Positions 18,022 through 28,300 of a stretch of DNA of 43,225 nt are shown piece after piece. Source of the DNA: an uncultured bacterium. Lineage in GTDB: Bacteria; Hydrogenedentota; Hydrogenedentia; Hydrogenedentales; JAEUWI01. The stretch is taken from the NCBI GenBank assembly GCA_963977445.1, contig CAXBPH010000017.1, positions 1 to 43,225 of the forward strand. Direction: 5' to 3'. The notes beneath the pieces are model-generated. The model searched no databases and was not told the DNA's origin. It was given only the letters and a program-made list of their open reading frames with translations. A program made the position numbers and the translations under genes. Every line of letters begins with the position of its first letter. The first letter of the stretch is position 1.

Positions 18022-21000
18022 ATGCGTAAATTCCACGGTGGTATGATTTGGCAGGCGTGGGGGGCTCCGATTGCCCGGGTGTTCATGCTTCTCACAAGTT
18101 TTGGCTTGTTTCTTAGTGCAGCTCATGGCGAGGTGTATGTTGTTGACTTCAACAACAATATCTGCACCAACAGATACGATTGCGGTGACGACCACGATGC
18201 CCAGCCGGGCGACGGTGTCGCCGAGCGTATCCTGGGCGGTGGTCAGACCACCTTTCGCTCGGCCATTGAAGAGTCCAATGAACTCGAGGGCCATGACTAT
18301 ATCATGCTGCCCAGTTTCGAGTTTTTCCTCCGGGTGGATCTGCCCCCCCTGACCGATCCCGCAGGCGTGACAATCATGTCCATGCAGGATGAGCAATATA
18401 TCCTTGACGGCACCGCCTTCGCACAGCGTCTGCGCGAGTACCGGGACCTGCTCGAGGAAAAATTTGATGATATAGACCTTGACGACAGCGACACGCTAAC
18501 TTTCGGAGAAACCGGCAATCTATTGCTTCGCGATGTGCGCAATATCATCCACAGCCAGGACGGAATGAGCCAGGCTGACTTTGATTATATGGATGCCAAT
18601 AGCAATGGTATCCTTACCCACACCGAACTCGAAGAATTTCGTGGAGCCGGTAGCGGAATTACCATCGCCTCGCCGAATAACAACATTCTCGACGTTACAA
18701 TTGTAAACTTCTATGGCCGGGGCATTATTGTTGATGGCGAAGACGCCGACGATAACGTTATTCAGGGCTGTAATATCGGCGTCTGGGGTACCGATGCGCA
18801 AGATCGGTCAAACGCACGTCGCGTTAGCGAAGACGCGTTTGAGGATGCAGACCTTGACAAGAACAACTTATTGAGCCTCATTGAGGCTCAGAGAGCGATT
18901 CCCGGGTTGACACAGGCAGCCTTCAATCGCCTGGATGAAGACAGAAGTGGCTCATTGACTCTTGCCGAGGTTAACGGAATAGCGGCACTCGTCGATACGG
19001 AATTGGCGATATTCATCCAAGACCAATTTGAACAGTTAGATCTCGACAACTCCAACTCTGTTTCCTTTGAGGAGCTTACCGCCGAACTTCCTGACATACC
19101 GCAATCCCAATTCAGCAGAATGGATCGCAACAACAGCGGGGTCCTGACGTTTGACGAACTGGACACGGTCATCGCGGATGGCGATATTTTTGGCGTAACC
19201 GGCACACTCAACCGCAACCGACAGCACGGTATCGTCGTGTCAGGTGGCGCGGACAATACTATCATCGGTGGCGCGGGCGAAGGCGAAGGAAACACCATCG
19301 CGGGCAATGGCTCGAACGATCTCTTTGAGATTCTCGACGTTGATGACAATGTCGTGGGATACAGTGCGCTGGACTTTGGTCACGGTATTCTGGTTTCGGG
19401 TGCAGGAACGACCAACACGAAAATCTACGGTAATTTTGTCGGCACCAATGTAAACGGGCGTGATCCAGTAGGCAATGGTTATTCCGGGATTGTCGTCGAA
19501 AATGGAGCAACCGACACGTCGATTGGTGGGGTGTTGCCAGGAGAAGGCAACGTTATCGACCACAACGGTGCTGCCATAGCTTGTCCGACCAATTGTGCTA
19601 ACGGCAGCCCGTCTTACTACGGTCGTGGCGTGATGATTTCAGGAGGTACGGCCACTAACAATGTGGTCCTGGGTAACGCCATATCGAGCAATGCAACATA
19701 CGGCGTCTATCTTCTTTCCGCAGATGGTGTCCAAATTGGCGGTGAACTCGAAGGTGCGGGCAATACGATAACGAAACACTTTGCAAGTAACCTGGGGGGC
19801 GGGAATATCGCAGTCTTTGGTGGGACCAATATCACCATTGCAGATAATATTTCTACCAACAGTACCAATGGACTCATCCTGGAGGGTGGAGCCAACATCT
19901 TCGTGGGCACTCCCGGATTCGGAAACGTGTTCTCTAGCTGTACCGTGGGAACATCGATATCGTCGTCAACCAACGTGTTCTATTACAGTAATCTTGTCGG
20001 TCCCGATGAGACGGGTACCCTCGCGCGGGCCAACAGTTATTCCGGCATCTATATACGAGGTGGTCTGTCAAACGTCCGCATCGGTGGTGCGGGCGCGGGA
20101 GAAGGAAATGTGATTTCCGGCAATATCAACGATGGCATCGTAATCTACGATATCGATGCTGGAGCGGGTGCCACACCGGATCTCTTCATCCAGGGCAATC
20201 GAATCGGAACAAACGCTGCCGGTACAGCCGCGTTGCCCAATAAGGTGATGGGTATTCTGGTCGGCCCCGATACCCGTAAAATTCTTATCGGCGGAACCGG
20301 CGCGGGAGAAGGTAATGTAATTTCCGGTAACAGTCGCGACGGTATCCGTGTCGCCCGTCGCTTAGACACGAACGAGACGCCGGATAATATTTCCATCTTC
20401 GGCAATGTTATCGGTCTGAATGCGGCAATGACAGCTCCGATACCGAACGCACTTAGCGGCGTCACCCTCCTCCAGGTCGATGAAGATGTGCGACTCGGCG
20501 GGCTTAATGCTGGCGAAGCAAACGTGATTGCCGGTAATACGGAGCACGGTGTACGGGTCAAAGGTGGCGTGCCCACGGATATCACCACCTTCTCAACGAT
20601 TCGCGGAAATTCGATCTATGGCAACGGCATGCGGGGCATCGGCCTCGAAGAAGGCGGCAATGGCGACATAGAAAAGCCTGTCATTCTGGGCGTAAGTCCC
20701 CTCAACGGTACGGCTCCTGCCGATAGCATTGTGGATGTCTATGCAGATACCGCTGATGAAGGCCGCTACTATCTGGGTGCGGCGGTTGCCGACGGGGCAG
20801 GCGTCTTTACGCTGATGGTTCCGTTGGAAAATGTACAGGCCAACAATTTGACGGCGACGGCCACCAATGCGACGACAGGAAGTACTTCTGAGTTTTCCGA
20901 TCCGTTGACGCTGGTTCCGCCGAGTATCGCTACGCCGCCTAATGGGCTAGCCGTGGTTGAGGGTGAGCCCTTCGGCCTTAGTGTGAGCGCCACGGGAACG

Positions 21001-24000
21001 TCGCCCATTACGTATCAATGGCAGTTCCTTCTCGATGGCGACAGTGAATATCTGGACGTGCCTGACGTAGCACCCTTCTCCGGCGCACAGACCAATACCC
21101 TGCTGTCGGCTGGTGCGCGCATATCGGATCAAGCGAAGTACCGCTGCGTTGCGACCAACTTGCTCGGCGATATCGAAAGCGCTTCGGCCACGGTGACCGT
21201 AGTTCCGCTATCGACCGACTTCGTTGCAGTCTCCCCAACGGCGACGGACAACGCGCCTCTTGATGGCACGGATGGCGATACGCAATCTATGGCCCACCTC
21301 ACCGCAGACCCGGGTGAAGACGGTGTTATTTCTCTCCGTGAAGCCATCACGGCTGCAAACAACCATGCAGGCGCAGACACCATAACCTTTACGACTGCCG
21401 GCACGGTTATGCTCGCAGCAGAACTTCCCGCACTCGAAGATGCAACTGGTGGTACTACTATCGACGGTGCTGGCGAAATTGTATTGGACGGTGATGACCT
21501 TTCCGGCAGCGAGTCGGGCCTGCTCATTACTTCTGCCGCCAACGTGCTGAAAGGCCTGAGTGTCGTCAATATGCCGGCAAACGGTATTGATATCTCTGGG
21601 GCCGACGCTACGTCCAACGTTATCACCGCATGTTTCCTTGGTGTTGACGGGGCAAACGGCGCCAACGGTGTTGAAATCCGGGATGGTGCCAGTGATAACA
21701 CTGTCGGTGGTGTCATGGCGGGCGAAGGCAACATTATCTCCGGCAATACGGAAAGCGGTGTTGCGCTCGCAGGCGAGAATACGACCGGCAACCTGGTACT
21801 CGGTAACTTTATCGGAACCGATGCGACGGGCGACGTATCTGAGGCCAACGGCACACACGGTGTGTTGATAGAGGATATGGCGTCGGAAAATGAGGTCGGT
21901 GGTGATGAAGCTGGCGAAGGCAATACCATCGCCTTCAACACCGGCTCTGGTGTCTACATCGTGGATGCTGGCACGACCGGCAATACGGTTTCCGGAAACG
22001 ATATACTGGATAATACGATCAACGGCGTTGCCGTCCTGGATGGCGCGACCGACACGTTCATCGGTGGTCTCACCGAAAATACGGGCAACCGCATTGAAGG
22101 TAATGGAGTAGGTGTACTTTTCGATGGTGCCGCCACTTTGGGCAACACCATTCGAGGAAACAGCATTACAGCAAACGTTGGTGATGGCATTGTTCTTACC
22201 AACGGTGCCAATGAGGCAATTGCGTCGCCGGAAATTGCGGCGATCGGTTCCGTTATCGGCACGGCACCAGCAAACAGTACGGTCGAAATTTTCGTTGACT
22301 CCAGCGATGAAGGTGACCAACTGATTGCAACCATCGTCGTCGGTGGCGACGGAAATTTTGAGAGCAGCGTTGATGTAGAGCCATTCTTTGGTTCCAACAT
22401 AACGGCCACGGCGACCGATGGAGCCGGAAATACTTCCGCCTTCAGCGCGCCTTTCGTACTCGATTTTACCCCGCCCGTGCTCAGCTTGATCGGCGCGATG
22501 GAGATTGTTGTGGAGTGTGGTTCCGGCACCTACGTGGATGCCGGCGCGACCGCCCTGGACAATGTCGATGGCGATATCACGAGTGAGATTGTCGTCACCA
22601 TCATGCAAGGCGCTACCGTCATCGCTGAAATTGACGGTACCGCGACGGGCACCTACACGATTACCTATGAAGTCTCCGACGCAGTCGGTCTTGCGGCCGA
22701 CCCCATCACCCGCACGGTGACGGTGGCAGACTCAACGGCACCGACCATCACACTTACCGGTGCCAGTTCGACGATCGTCGAATGCAGCACGGAATACGTA
22801 GATGCTGGCGCGACGGCCACCGACGGCTGTGACGGCGATTTGGCCGTAGTGGTGAACAACCTGGTAGATACCAGCCAGCCTGGTGTATACACGGTCACCT
22901 ACAGCACGACGGACGGCAGCGGAAACGCCGCCGTAAACGTAGTGCGCACGGTTACGGTCCGCGATACCAGCGTTCCGACCCTCACCTTGCTGGGTGACGC
23001 CATGCTTACGTTGGAGTGCAGCACAGAACTTGTCTACGAAGATGCGGGCGCAACTATCACAGACAGCTGCGATGCCGAGCCCACCTTGGCCGTGACCAAC
23101 CCGGTTAACCCCGGCAAGGTTGGCACCTACACCATTCGTTACAACGGCACCGATGCCTCGGGCAATGCCGCGAATCAGATCATTCGGATTGTCGAAGTGG
23201 TGGATACCACGGCTCCGGTAATCACCCTCAATGGTAACGCCGAAGTTGACGTTACGTGTGGTAGCGTCTACGGTGAAGAAGACGCTACGGCTGAGGACGA
23301 TTGCGGTGGTACATTGGCCGTGACCATTTCCGGCTCGGTCGACACGGGAAATCCGGGGGAATATATTCTGACCTACACGGCCGTTGACGTTGAAGGCAAT
23401 GCAGCGACCCCGGTGACGCGTACAGTACGTGTGGCTGACAGCGGCTTGCCAACGATTCAGTTGATTGGTTCGGCCTCGGTTAGCGTAGCCTGCAACAGTG
23501 TCTACGAAGAACTGGGTGCAACCGCGAGCGACACATGCAGTAATGACATATCCGATTCACTGGTAATCTCTGGCAGCGTTGACACAGAATCAGCGGGTGA
23601 CTACGTCATCAACTATGACGTGACCGACAGCCTGGGTAATGTAGCCACACGGGTAAGCCGCACCGTTACGGTCACGGCTTGTCCCGAGCCTTGTGACATA
23701 CAGTGTGAAAATGATCCCGGTGACAAGATAGATGCCGACGGTGACGGACTTTCCGCCTGTGTCGAAGCCTGCCTTGGCACCAGTGACAACGAGATCGATT
23801 CTGATGCCGACGGCGTTCCAGACGGGGTAGAAGCAACGACGGGAACGGATCCGGCAAATGCGGATTCGGACCTCGACCTCGACGGTGATGGTTTGAGTGC
23901 ACTGGAAGAGTTTGTCTTCAGTTCGGACCCGTTGAATGCGGATAGTCCGGCACAGTCCTTCTTCATCGCATCGAACGGCGCGAATTCAGTAAACGGCGGT

Positions 24001-25101
24001 TCTGCGGGAACACCGTGGAACTCCATCAGCTTTGCTCTTTCGCAAGTCACGCCAACGGCCAACAGCCCGGTACGTCTCATTGTTGGGCCGGGTAACTATG
24101 CCGAAGATGTGGAGCTTAAGTCCTGGGTCACCCTGGTGGGTGCGACGGGCAGCCTGCCCCGCATTGAAGGTACGGTGTTTGGCGCAAATAACAGTACACT
24201 GGATAACGTGGAAATCGCGGCCTTCAGCAGCGACGACGTCATGTTGGTCATGGATAATGTCAAGATGAACGTGCTGAACGTGGTGTTCCGTGGTTCCGCG
24301 GCACGACCGGCTGCTGGCGCACTCGTAGATGGTGCAGCGAGTGCGGCGTCCGTCTTCGACGGTTGCCTGTTTGACAGTTTGTCTGTTGGCGTAGACGTGG
24401 GCGGTGCGTTGCCGATGATTCGTCGGTGCACCTTCATGAACACGAGTATTGCCGGCGTATTTGTTCGCTCGACGGCGAGTATCACCGGTGGTGTATCGCT
24501 GGGCCGAGTTAATGATGCGGGTACCGGTTCAAATTTGTTTGCTGGTATCGACGAAGGTCGTGCGATTATCAATGAGCTGGTGTCCCTCCTTACTGCCGAG
24601 CAGAATGAATGGGGCACGACGGACCTCGTTGCCATTGGAGACACGCTGGTATCCGGTCTGGTGGACTTCGATCCGGTGCTTGCTTCCGGTGCAGCGTCTG
24701 ATACCGCCAGCCTCTATATAACCGTTTGGACGGCCACAAGTCAGGCACGGATTTCCACCGCGAGTGTGACCGTGAGCGGTGCCGGCACCAATACGACGGT
24801 AACCAGTAATAGCAATGGCGTGTATGCCCTTCCGGTGCTTCGCAGCGGAACCTATAGCATCACCGTCGCTGCCCTTGGTTTCGAAGATAAGAGCACGACC
24901 GTTACGCTTACCGCGGAACAGTTGGGCTCGAAGACGGTAGCCCTTACCGGACTCGTCGAAAAGGGTGGTGGTCCCAGCTGTGCACCGGGCGTATCGGGCA
25001 CGGGCCTGTGGAGCGATCTACTGCTCGCGGTGCTGCTGCTCGTCGGGCTTACCTGCGGACGTGAGATTGTCGGCAAGTTGGGCAAGATTGCCCGCCACTA
25101 A
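18022..25101 (+). CDS. Giant secreted/surface protein (2359 aa): CSLREA-like, 6 EF-hands, parallel beta-helices, Ig domain, 5 DUF5011-like repeats, DxDxDG Ca-binding repeats, DUF1565-like, carboxypeptidase-regulatory-like, C-terminal TM anchor
   Basis: Signal peptide (..LSAAHG-E); GNVISGN/GNFIGT repeats; ISLREAITAAN; ATGTSPITYQWQ; DxxxPxIxLxG repeats; DADGDGL; hydrophobic tail. Confidence 0.9.
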   Translation: MRKFHGGMIWQAWGAPIARVFMLLTSFGLFLSAAHGEVYVVDFNNNICTNRYDCGDDHDAQPGDGVAERILGGGQTTFRSAIEESNELEGHDYIMLPSFEFFLRVDLPPLTDPAGVTIMSMQDEQYILDGTAFAQRLREYRDLLEEKFDDIDLDDSDTLTFGETGNLLLRDVRNIIHSQDGMSQADFDYMDANSNGILTHTELEEFRGAGSGITIASPNNNILDVTIVNFYGRGIIVDGEDADDNVIQGCNIGVWGTDAQDRSNARRVSEDAFEDADLDKNNLLSLIEAQRAIPGLTQAAFNRLDEDRSGSLTLAEVNGIAALVDTELAIFIQDQFEQLDLDNSNSVSFEELTAELPDIPQSQFSRMDRNNSGVLTFDELDTVIADGDIFGVTGTLNRNRQHGIVVSGGADNTIIGGAGEGEGNTIAGNGSNDLFEILDVDDNVVGYSALDFGHGILVSGAGTTNTKIYGNFVGTNVNGRDPVGNGYSGIVVENGATDTSIGGVLPGEGNVIDHNGAAIACPTNCANGSPSYYGRGVMISGGTATNNVVLGNAISSNATYGVYLLSADGVQIGGELEGAGNTITKHFASNLGGGNIAVFGGTNITIADNISTNSTNGLILEGGANIFVGTPGFGNVFSSCTVGTSISSSTNVFYYSNLVGPDETGTLARANSYSGIYIRGGLSNVRIGGAGAGEGNVISGNINDGIVIYDIDAGAGATPDLFIQGNRIGTNAAGTAALPNKVMGILVGPDTRKILIGGTGAGEGNVISGNSRDGIRVARRLDTNETPDNISIFGNVIGLNAAMTAPIPNALSGVTLLQVDEDVRLGGLNAGEANVIAGNTEHGVRVKGGVPTDITTFSTIRGNSIYGNGMRGIGLEEGGNGDIEKPVILGVSPLNGTAPADSIVDVYADTADEGRYYLGAAVADGAGVFTLMVPLENVQANNLTATATNATTGSTSEFSDPLTLVPPSIATPPNGLAVVEGEPFGLSVSATGTSPITYQWQFLLDGDSEYLDVPDVAPFSGAQTNTLLSAGARISDQAKYRCVATNLLGDIESASATVTVVPLSTDFVAVSPTATDNAPLDGTDGDTQSMAHLTADPGEDGVISLREAITAANNHAGADTITFTTAGTVMLAAELPALEDATGGTTIDGAGEIVLDGDDLSGSESGLLITSAANVLKGLSVVNMPANGIDISGADATSNVITACFLGVDGANGANGVEIRDGASDNTVGGVMAGEGNIISGNTESGVALAGENTTGNLVLGNFIGTDATGDVSEANGTHGVLIEDMASENEVGGDEAGEGNTIAFNTGSGVYIVDAGTTGNTVSGNDILDNTINGVAVLDGATDTFIGGLTENTGNRIEGNGVGVLFDGAATLGNTIRGNSITANVGDGIVLTNGANEAIASPEIAAIGSVIGTAPANSTVEIFVDSSDEGDQLIATIVVGGDGNFESSVDVEPFFGSNITATATDGAGNTSAFSAPFVLDFTPPVLSLIGAMEIVVECGSGTYVDAGATALDNVDGDITSEIVVTIMQGATVIAEIDGTATGTYTITYEVSDAVGLAADPITRTVTVADSTAPTITLTGASSTIVECSTEYVDAGATATDGCDGDLAVVVNNLVDTSQPGVYTVTYSTTDGSGNAAVNVVRTVTVRDTSVPTLTLLGDAMLTLECSTELVYEDAGATITDSCDAEPTLAVTNPVNPGKVGTYTIRYNGTDASGNAANQIIRIVEVVDTTAPVITLNGNAEVDVTCGSVYGEEDATAEDDCGGTLAVTISGSVDTGNPGEYILTYTAVDVEGNAATPVTRTVRVADSGLPTIQLIGSASVSVACNSVYEELGATASDTCSNDISDSLVISGSVDTESAGDYVINYDVTDSLGNVATRVSRTVTVTACPEPCDIQCENDPGDKIDADGDGLSACVEACLGTSDNEIDSDADGVPDGVEATTGTDPANADSDLDLDGDGLSALEEFVFSSDPLNADSPAQSFFIASNGANSVNGGSAGTPWNSISFALSQVTPTANSPVRLIVGPGNYAEDVELKSWVTLVGATGSLPRIEGTVFGANNSTLDNVEIAAFSSDDVMLVMDNVKMNVLNVVFRGSAARPAAGALVDGAASAASVFDGCLFDSLSVGVDVGGALPMIRRCTFMNTSIAGVFVRSTASITGGVSLGRVNDAGTGSNLFAGIDEGRAIINELVSLLTAEQNEWGTTDLVAIGDTLVSGLVDFDPVLASGAASDTASLYITVWTATSQARISTASVTVSGAGTNTTVTSNSNGVYALPVLRSGTYSITVAALGFEDKSTTVTLTAEQLGSKTVALTGLVEKGGGPSCAPGVSGTGLWSDLLLAVLLLVGLTCGREIVGKLGKIARH

Positions 25102-25122
25102 TTTGTAAAAATTCGTCCTATC

Positions 25123-25168
25123 GGGCGGAACGGGTTGTATATATAACCCGTTCCGCCCATTTTGTTTA
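25123..25168 (+). terminator. Rho-independent terminator
   Basis: GGGCGGAACGGGTTGTAT/ATATAACCCGTTCCGCCC stem followed by ATTTTTGTTT. Confidence 0.85.
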
Positions 25169-25378
25169 TGTAGGCTGCGATTCGCCGCCCCGCCCGTCCA
25201 CGTGACGCTTTCGGTGTTCGTTGTCAGGGTATGTGTGTCTCTTGCATTTTCAGATTTTGGTGTATAATCGTAAGAGGGAATGTGGGAATCGACGCAGGGC
25301 GATTCCTTTGGTGATGTAAAGTCAGTTCGAAATTGAGGAACCGTGCCAACTCGTGTGGCACAGAAGGCGGGATCACAA

Positions 25379-28300
25379 ATGAAGCTCATCTTGCGTAATA
25401 CGCATGTTGCCATGGTACTTCTGGTTTGCTTTTTTACGGCCATGGACAGCCACGGAGCCCAGAAAGGTATCACCATCATCGAAGTGACAACCACCGCTGA
25501 TGTGGTAGACGGTGATGTAAGCTCCATTGCTGCCTTGCAGGGAACTCCGGGCAACGACGGAAGTATTTCGCTCCGTGAAGCCATAACAGCGAGCAACAAT
25601 ACGGTGGGAGAGGAAACAATTACTTTTTCCACGCTCGGCGAGTACCTTGTAGAGACGGCCCTTCCAGAAATGGGACTCTCTTCGGGAGGCACGACCATCG
25701 ACGGCGGTGGCCGCCTTATCCTGGTCAACGGCACGGGCGACCCGGCAGTCGATGGCTTTCTCATCACAACGGGAAGCAATACGATTTCCGGTGTGACCAT
25801 TCGTGGTTTTCAGGCGGCAATTCGCCTATCCGGGCCCGACGCAATCGGAAATTTGATCACCGGAAGCATTCTGGGAAATCTGGATGTCAAAAAGGATACT
25901 AAGGGGGCAGTGAACCTGTTCAATCAGTATGGCGTGGCCATCGATACCGGGGCATCTTTCAACGTAGTTGGCGGGCAACTCACTGAAGAACGGAATGTGA
26001 TATCGCGAAACCTCGTCGCGGGTATTCTTGTTGCAGGAATGTGTGACGGGAACACTATCCGTGGAAACTTCATCGGTACCAACGTCGCAGGGGACGCGGC
26101 CATTCCGAACGTGGTGGGCGTCCTCGTGGATGGGGCCAGCAATACCGTCGTGGGCAGCAATACCGGCGCGGGCGGAAATTTGTTGTCTGGCAACTCAAGC
26201 GCGGGCATCGAGATTAAAGGCAATGCCACGGGGACGAAAATAGAAGGCAATACCATCGGACTCGCCCTCAACGCGACCGCATCCCTTCCCAACGGCCAGG
26301 GCATCTATATTGACGGAACGGGGGGAGCCAACGGTACCACCATCGGATCCACCGTGTTCTTCGGTCGCAACGTTATCGCGGGCAACCTGAATGAAGGTAT
26401 CGTGCTCCTGGCGACGTCAGGCAACTCGATCTTCAATAATTACATCGGTCTGGATTTTAATTTTGGAAATGAAACCCCCAACGGTGCTTCGGGGATTGTG
26501 ATTCTCGGTGGCGCCAGCAACAACCTGATCGGCAACGGGAACTTTTCGGGGCGCAACACGATAGCCTATAACGGCGGCGATGGAATACGGATTGATGGAG
26601 GCGCCACGCTCGCCAACGCAATCCAGAGCAACTCTTTGTTCGATAACGTTGGTCTCGGTATTCGCCTGGACAATGGTGCCAATGGCGGAATCGCGCCTCC
26701 ATCGATTGATAAGCTCCTTTCCGGCCAGGCAATTACGGGGCAGACCGTACCCAACGGCTCGGTGGAAATTTTTACGGGTACGGACGAAGAAGGCGAAACT
26801 TTGTTTGAGCGGGTCGTGGCAGATCCCAATGGCGGGTTCACGACGATCAGAACGTTGTTCAATAGCGATACGGAGATGTTGACGGCAACGGTAACAGACA
26901 CTTCCCTGAACACGTCGGCCTTCAGTGCGCCCCTGTTTACCCCCATTTTCTTTACGGGCGACCCGCAACAACTTTTTGTACTGATTCTGGATGGTGATGC
27001 GGATGGCGATGGTCAATTGGACCCGTCCGAATTCTTACGGGCGACCGGGCGTGATATGGCGACCTTTAATTCAGCTGATTTGGACTCCAATGGCCTTGTG
27101 ACCTATTACGAGCTGCTCGAGCTCTCCCTACGTGAAAACGACGTATCAACCGTCACGGTCGATACCCTTAGCGATGTTGTTGACGCCCCCAGCACGAGCT
27201 CTACCGGCACCCTGATTAATGCGCCGGGTAATGACGGAAAGATTTCATTGCGGGAAGCGCTCGAAGCGATTCAGATGGCGAGTAATGTAAAAATCGATGT
27301 TGCTGTGACGGGTACCATACTTCTCGATAGTGCCTTGCCACCGATTGCTGCTCCTGGCAATCGAATCTATATACGGGGCAATGGAGGCGTAGTGATCGAC
27401 GGAACGAATCTGAGCAATGGAGAAAGCGGATTTACGATCATGGCGACCAATATCATGATCGAAGGGTTCCAGTTGATAAACTTTCCGGGATCGGGTGTGC
27501 TCTTGAGTGGTTTGGATGCGCAAGAATGTGAAATCTTTTCCAGCCAAATTGGAACGGATGGCAGCAGCGCCAAGGGCAACGACGGGGCCGGCATCAAAAT
27601 TGAAGATGGTGCACAGTCCAACGTGGTGGGCGGTCCCTTTGGCGACCTGAAGAATATCATTTCCGGTAACGCCATAGGAATCCATATAGACGGATCCACC
27701 TCCAATGGCAATGTGATTTACAACAACCTGATCGGCGTCGCCGGGTCCGGTATGACAGCGATACCCAATACCTCGGATGGCATCAAAATCAGCGGCGGCT
27801 CGTCGGGCAATTTACTTCTGGGGGTCCAGTCCGATGGCCTGGGATTGCTGATATCTGGTAACGGTAACGGCACCGGCGATGGAGGTGTTTCCATTGGCGG
27901 TAATTCTACCAACACCATCCTACTCGGGTGTGCCATTGGCCTGAACGCGAACGGGGAGCCGAATCTTGGTAACAATCCCCATGGTATCCGACTTTTCGAC
28001 GGTGCCAGCAGAACGATTGTGGGTATCTTCGGGACGGAACCTCCAATCGCAATCGGCAATAGTGACGTCAAAGGGGTCTATTCCACGCTGAAAAATTCAA
28101 AAGGGCAATTCAATCCCGCAGGCCTGTATCAGCTAAATACGATTGGCGGTAACGTAGGTGACGGTGTTCAAATCGACGGCGCCTTGACGGTCGGGAACAG
28201 GCTCTTGGGCAATTCGATCGCTCACAATGGCGGAAACGCGGTGCGCCTCTTGAATGGAGCCAATGGGGGCATTTCTCCTCCCGTCATTACCGAGGTCACC

